Notes under the pieces: generated by a model
The model's database searches: none
Seen by the model: only the letters and a program-made list of their open reading frames with translations
What the model was told of the DNA's origin: nothing
Assembly (NCBI GenBank): GCA_035267045.1
Contig: DATFMH010000238.1
Location: 5,914-69,913 of the forward strand
Length of the DNA: 64,000 nt
Source of the DNA: Balneolales bacterium
GTDB taxonomy: Bacteria > Bacteroidota > Rhodothermia > Balneolales > DATFMH01
Reading direction: 5' to 3'
Made by a program: the position numbers and the translations under genes
Shown: piece by piece, positions 60,742 to 64,000 of the stretch
Position numbering within the stretch: position 1 is the first letter of the stretch
How the letters are laid out: each line of letters opens with the position of its first letter

Positions 60742-63700
60742 ATGATTATGAAAAACAGATACTATCCATTAGTTCCATTGATTAGAATAGGGAAGCGGTT
60801 CTCGTTATTTATTATAGTATTATTTACTATGATGAATTTGCCGGGGCTAACCTTTGCTCAAAGCAATTTCCATATCAATGGTAAAATTACAGATCAAAAA
60901 ACAAAGAGTAGTTTACCCGGTGTAAACATTTTGGTTAAAGGTACTACTATAGGTGCCTCGACAGATGTGAATGGGGAATATTCTCTGGATGTTCCCAATA
61001 GTAATGATACTTTGGTTGTCTCATATATTGGATATCAAACACAAATAATACCAATCAATGGGAGACATACCATAAACATAGCATTAGTTTCACAAACAAT
61101 ATCCGGTCAGGAAGTTGTTGTTGTGGGATACGGTGAGCAAAAGAAAACAAGTCTGACCAGTTCTGTTGCAGATGTTAATATGCAAAATGTGAAAAAAAGT
61201 AATGTACCCGATGTTCGTCAGGCTATTCAGGGTATTTCACCGGGTGTAACACTTGTTCAAAACAGTGCTGAACCGGGAAATAAAAATTTCACCATTTATA
61301 TCCGTGGTATTAATACCATTGGAAGCACGCAACCTTTAGTCATTGTTGATGGAATTCAGCAAAATTTATCGGATTTGGATCCGGATAATGTCAAATCCAT
61401 ATCCATTTTAAAAGGTGCTTCAGCAACAGCAATTTATGGTTCCCGGGGTGCAAACGGAGTTATCCTGGTAACTACTAAAAGTCCTGAAAAGGGTAAATTG
61501 CAAGTTTCGTATGATGGATATTACGGGATTGAAAGAATTGATAATAAACCGCCTGTTCTGGGAACCAGGGAAAGTTTACAATTATGGAATGTCGGTTTTG
61601 AAAATCAACCCAATGGTCATGCACATTATACTGATCAACAAATTGAGCAATGGGCTAATGCCACAGGAAACGACATCTATAAGTATCCGCCACAAAGTAT
61701 TATGTGGGATGTCCTTTTCAAGGATGCACCAACACAGCATCACACATTGAGTTTTACGGGTGGTACAAAAAATATTCAATCACTCCTATCATTAAGCTAT
61801 AATGATGAGGGGGGAATACTTGATAATTCAAGTGGTAAGCGATATGAAGTAGACTTCAATAATGATTTTAAAGTCAGTAAAAATATTGATGTCACCAGTA
61901 AGCTGACCTACCGGAACAACATCAATAAGATGCCGATGCAGTTGACTGGAGCTCCCAGTGTTTATTTCGATTTATGGCACTGGACCGAATTTACTTATCC
62001 ACAATTTCCGGATGGAACATTTGGTCTTAGTAATGTTAATACCAATCCGGTTATGTTAGCAGATATGAGCGGTTGGCGGAATAATGTGAGTGATTATGCA
62101 GTAGCTATTGTAAATGCTAATGTAAATCTCTCCAAAAACCTTACGTATATCATGCAATTTGGGGGACATGTTAATCTTCAATCAAATAAAAACTACGCCA
62201 ATAATTATCAGGAAGTAGATTATTTCACTAAAAAATTGCAATTCGATAGTGGTTATAATAATTCCAATGATTATAGTAGCAGGGATACCCGCTGGACATG
62301 GAGAAACTTGCTTAAATACAGTGTTTCATTAAATAAAAGCCAGATAAATGTATTGGCAGGATATGAGCAAATAAGTCATGATAATTCCAGTTTCAGTGCT
62401 TACAGAGAGCAATTTTATAATAATGATGTAGTGGCTTTAAACGGAGGTTCTCAAAATAACTGGAGTAATGGTGGTGATTTAAGTCAGACCAGATTAAGGT
62501 CGATGTTTGGTCGTATTCATTATGCTTATAATGATAAATATATTATTGAGGCTAATGCCAGATATGACGGATCATCTAAATTCAACGGTTCTAATAATCA
62601 ATTCGGTTTCTTCCCCTCATTTTCAGCTGCATGGCGTTTGTCTCGCGAAAACTTCTGGAATCCTTTACGGAAATACGTGAATGAGTTTAAGTTAAGAGGT
62701 TCTTGGGGTAAAGCAGGAAATAACACCGTCGCTAATTACACTTTCTACCCGAGTTTGAATGGCACAACCTATGACTTTGGTGGTAATCTTGTTGACGGTT
62801 ACGCAAAGACGGATGTTGCCAATCCGGATTTAACCTGGGAAACCACAACCCAAACCGATATCGGTGTGGATGCTGAATTTTTGGATAGTAAGTTTGGGGT
62901 AACTTTCGACTATTATAAAAAAAGTACGACAGGTATTTTGTTAACCCTGCCTATCCCCGCAACGGTGGGTTTGAATCCAGCACCTCAGAATGCCGGACAA
63001 GTTGATAACGATGGTTGGGAACTTTCGATAACTCATAAAAATACAGTCAGTCGTGATTTTAGATATTCCCTGACCGCCAATTTGGCTAATAACCATAATA
63101 AAGTGATAAGTTTGGCCGGTACTGGTCCATATTTTCAGGCGGGTGGTTTTCAGGTTATCCAAACCGGATATCCAATCGACTCATTCTGGGGATATAAAGC
63201 ATTAGGTTACTTTAAGTCCCAGCAGGAAATCGATAATTATCCCACTTTTGCCGGTAAAAATAACACCTTCCCTGGCGATTTGAAATATGCCGATCTGAAT
63301 GGTGATGGTAAAATTACTGCTGATGATCGCACTGTGATTGGTGATCCCTTTCCACACTATACCTTTGGCTTAAATGGTAATTTTTATTACAAAAGTTTTG
63401 ATCTGAGTTTCTTCATTCAGGGGGTAGGCAAGATGCAATATCAATTAGATGGACCACCGATACTAGATGGAATGTTTAACGGTTTAATTCTTAAAGTTGG
63501 CGGTGATTATTGGACGCCAAAGAATACCAATGCCCGTTTCCCAAGGCCACAAAAGAACTCTCACAAGAATTATGAAAGAAGTTCATGGTGGACGATTAAC
63601 GCTGCGTATGCACGTCTGCAAAATGCACAGATAGGATATACACTCCCTACGAATATCGTACATAAACTTGGTATTCAACGACTGAGAGTCTATGTCAGCG

Positions 63701-63831
63701 GTGTTAACTTAATTACGCTCTCCAAGGCTTTGAAATTTGGAGAAGGACCGGAAAATCCAGCTAACAATAATGCGAATGGATACTATCCGGGTACCAAAAG
63801 CTATTCAATGGGCATTAACCTGAATTTTTAA
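60742..63831 (+). CDS. SusC/RagA-family TonB-dependent outer-membrane transporter (PUL-C), paralogue of SusC-1
   Basis: 1029 aa. Collinear with the 41826-44906 product over its whole length, with many identical blocks, e.g. LWHWTEFT, ILLTLPIPATVGLNPAPQNAG, FPGDLKYADLNGDGKI. Confidence 0.93.
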   Translation: MIMKNRYYPLVPLIRIGKRFSLFIIVLFTMMNLPGLTFAQSNFHINGKITDQKTKSSLPGVNILVKGTTIGASTDVNGEYSLDVPNSNDTLVVSYIGYQTQIIPINGRHTINIALVSQTISGQEVVVVGYGEQKKTSLTSSVADVNMQNVKKSNVPDVRQAIQGISPGVTLVQNSAEPGNKNFTIYIRGINTIGSTQPLVIVDGIQQNLSDLDPDNVKSISILKGASATAIYGSRGANGVILVTTKSPEKGKLQVSYDGYYGIERIDNKPPVLGTRESLQLWNVGFENQPNGHAHYTDQQIEQWANATGNDIYKYPPQSIMWDVLFKDAPTQHHTLSFTGGTKNIQSLLSLSYNDEGGILDNSSGKRYEVDFNNDFKVSKNIDVTSKLTYRNNINKMPMQLTGAPSVYFDLWHWTEFTYPQFPDGTFGLSNVNTNPVMLADMSGWRNNVSDYAVAIVNANVNLSKNLTYIMQFGGHVNLQSNKNYANNYQEVDYFTKKLQFDSGYNNSNDYSSRDTRWTWRNLLKYSVSLNKSQINVLAGYEQISHDNSSFSAYREQFYNNDVVALNGGSQNNWSNGGDLSQTRLRSMFGRIHYAYNDKYIIEANARYDGSSKFNGSNNQFGFFPSFSAAWRLSRENFWNPLRKYVNEFKLRGSWGKAGNNTVANYTFYPSLNGTTYDFGGNLVDGYAKTDVANPDLTWETTTQTDIGVDAEFLDSKFGVTFDYYKKSTTGILLTLPIPATVGLNPAPQNAGQVDNDGWELSITHKNTVSRDFRYSLTANLANNHNKVISLAGTGPYFQAGGFQVIQTGYPIDSFWGYKALGYFKSQQEIDNYPTFAGKNNTFPGDLKYADLNGDGKITADDRTVIGDPFPHYTFGLNGNFYYKSFDLSFFIQGVGKMQYQLDGPPILDGMFNGLILKVGGDYWTPKNTNARFPRPQKNSHKNYERSSWWTINAAYARLQNAQIGYTLPTNIVHKLGIQRLRVYVSGVNLITLSKALKFGEGPENPANNNANGYYPGTKSYSMGINLNF

Positions 63832-63851
63832 AATACAAAAATTAAACTGCC

Positions 63852-64000
63852 ATGAAGAATTTTAAGTTAAAAATAACAACGATGATTGCGATCCTGGTCT
63901 TATCAGGGGTGAGTTGTAAAGATAATTTCTTGCAAACGGTACCGCAGGACAGAGTATCAGAGGCCATTTACTGGAAAACTCCTAAGGATGCTCAATTGGC
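63852..64000 (+). CDS. SusD/RagB-family lipoprotein, 5' fragment (runs off window)
   Basis: MKNFKLKITTMIAILVLSGVSCKDNFLQTVPQDRVSEAIYWKTPKDAQL... matches the N-terminus of the PUL-A SusD (CKDNLLQTVPNDRVSTATYWKTTNDAKL). Confidence 0.85.
   Translation, partial: MKNFKLKITTMIAILVLSGVSCKDNFLQTVPQDRVSEAIYWKTPKDAQL

Overview
This 64-kb chromosomal segment is about 40% GC. It looks like an FCB-group bacterium (Bacteroidota, Balneolota or Ignavibacteriota-like). It has a type III glutamine synthetase and three SusC/SusD pairs, but its promoters look sigma70-style (TTGACA-17-TAnnnT). Positions 1-31.5 kb are core metabolism: an SDR, ssb, a CorC/GldE-like CNNM protein, purB, menE-menC-menA and glnA(III). 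They also hold a co-directional minus-strand block (ilvD, aspartokinase-thrB-thrC, pheA, aminotransferase) and a 10.5-kb plus-strand operon ilvB-ilvN-ilvC-cimA-leuA-leuC-leuD-leuB-ilvE. Positions 32.3-37.6 kb are a minus-strand galactose operon: a mutarotase-like gene, a Na+/sugar symporter, an 88-aa membrane protein, galK and galT. Positions 38.8-64 kb carry three polysaccharide-utilisation loci. PUL-A has a DUF4965-type enzyme, SusC, SusD and a small beta-barrel OMP. PUL-B has SusC, SusD, GH51, an unassigned clan-GH-A-like lipoprotein, GH43 and GH127, which is an L-arabinofuranoside-type gene set. PUL-C is a SusC/SusD pair paralogous to PUL-A and is cut by the window end. I saw no rRNA, tRNA, CRISPR array, transposase, integrase or recognisable defence genes. 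The most interesting signals not explained by ordinary genes are these. (1) An Ile/Leu/Val-saturated leader ORF with a four-segment alternative-pairing region lies directly upstream of the ilv-leu operon. (2) A recurring CG-centred 14-bp palindrome (TGTTAnCGTTAACA, LacI-family type) sits just downstream of sigma70-like promoters in front of the gal operon and all three SusC genes, with no cognate regulator in the window. (3) A 750-bp GC-rich, hairpin-dense, non-coding island lies between ilvE and galT and contains members of small dispersed repeat families. (4) An unclassified (beta/alpha)8 NEP/TEF-motif lipoprotein sits inside the arabinose-type PUL. All functional calls rest on by-eye motif recognition and gene context. 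No database searches were run.
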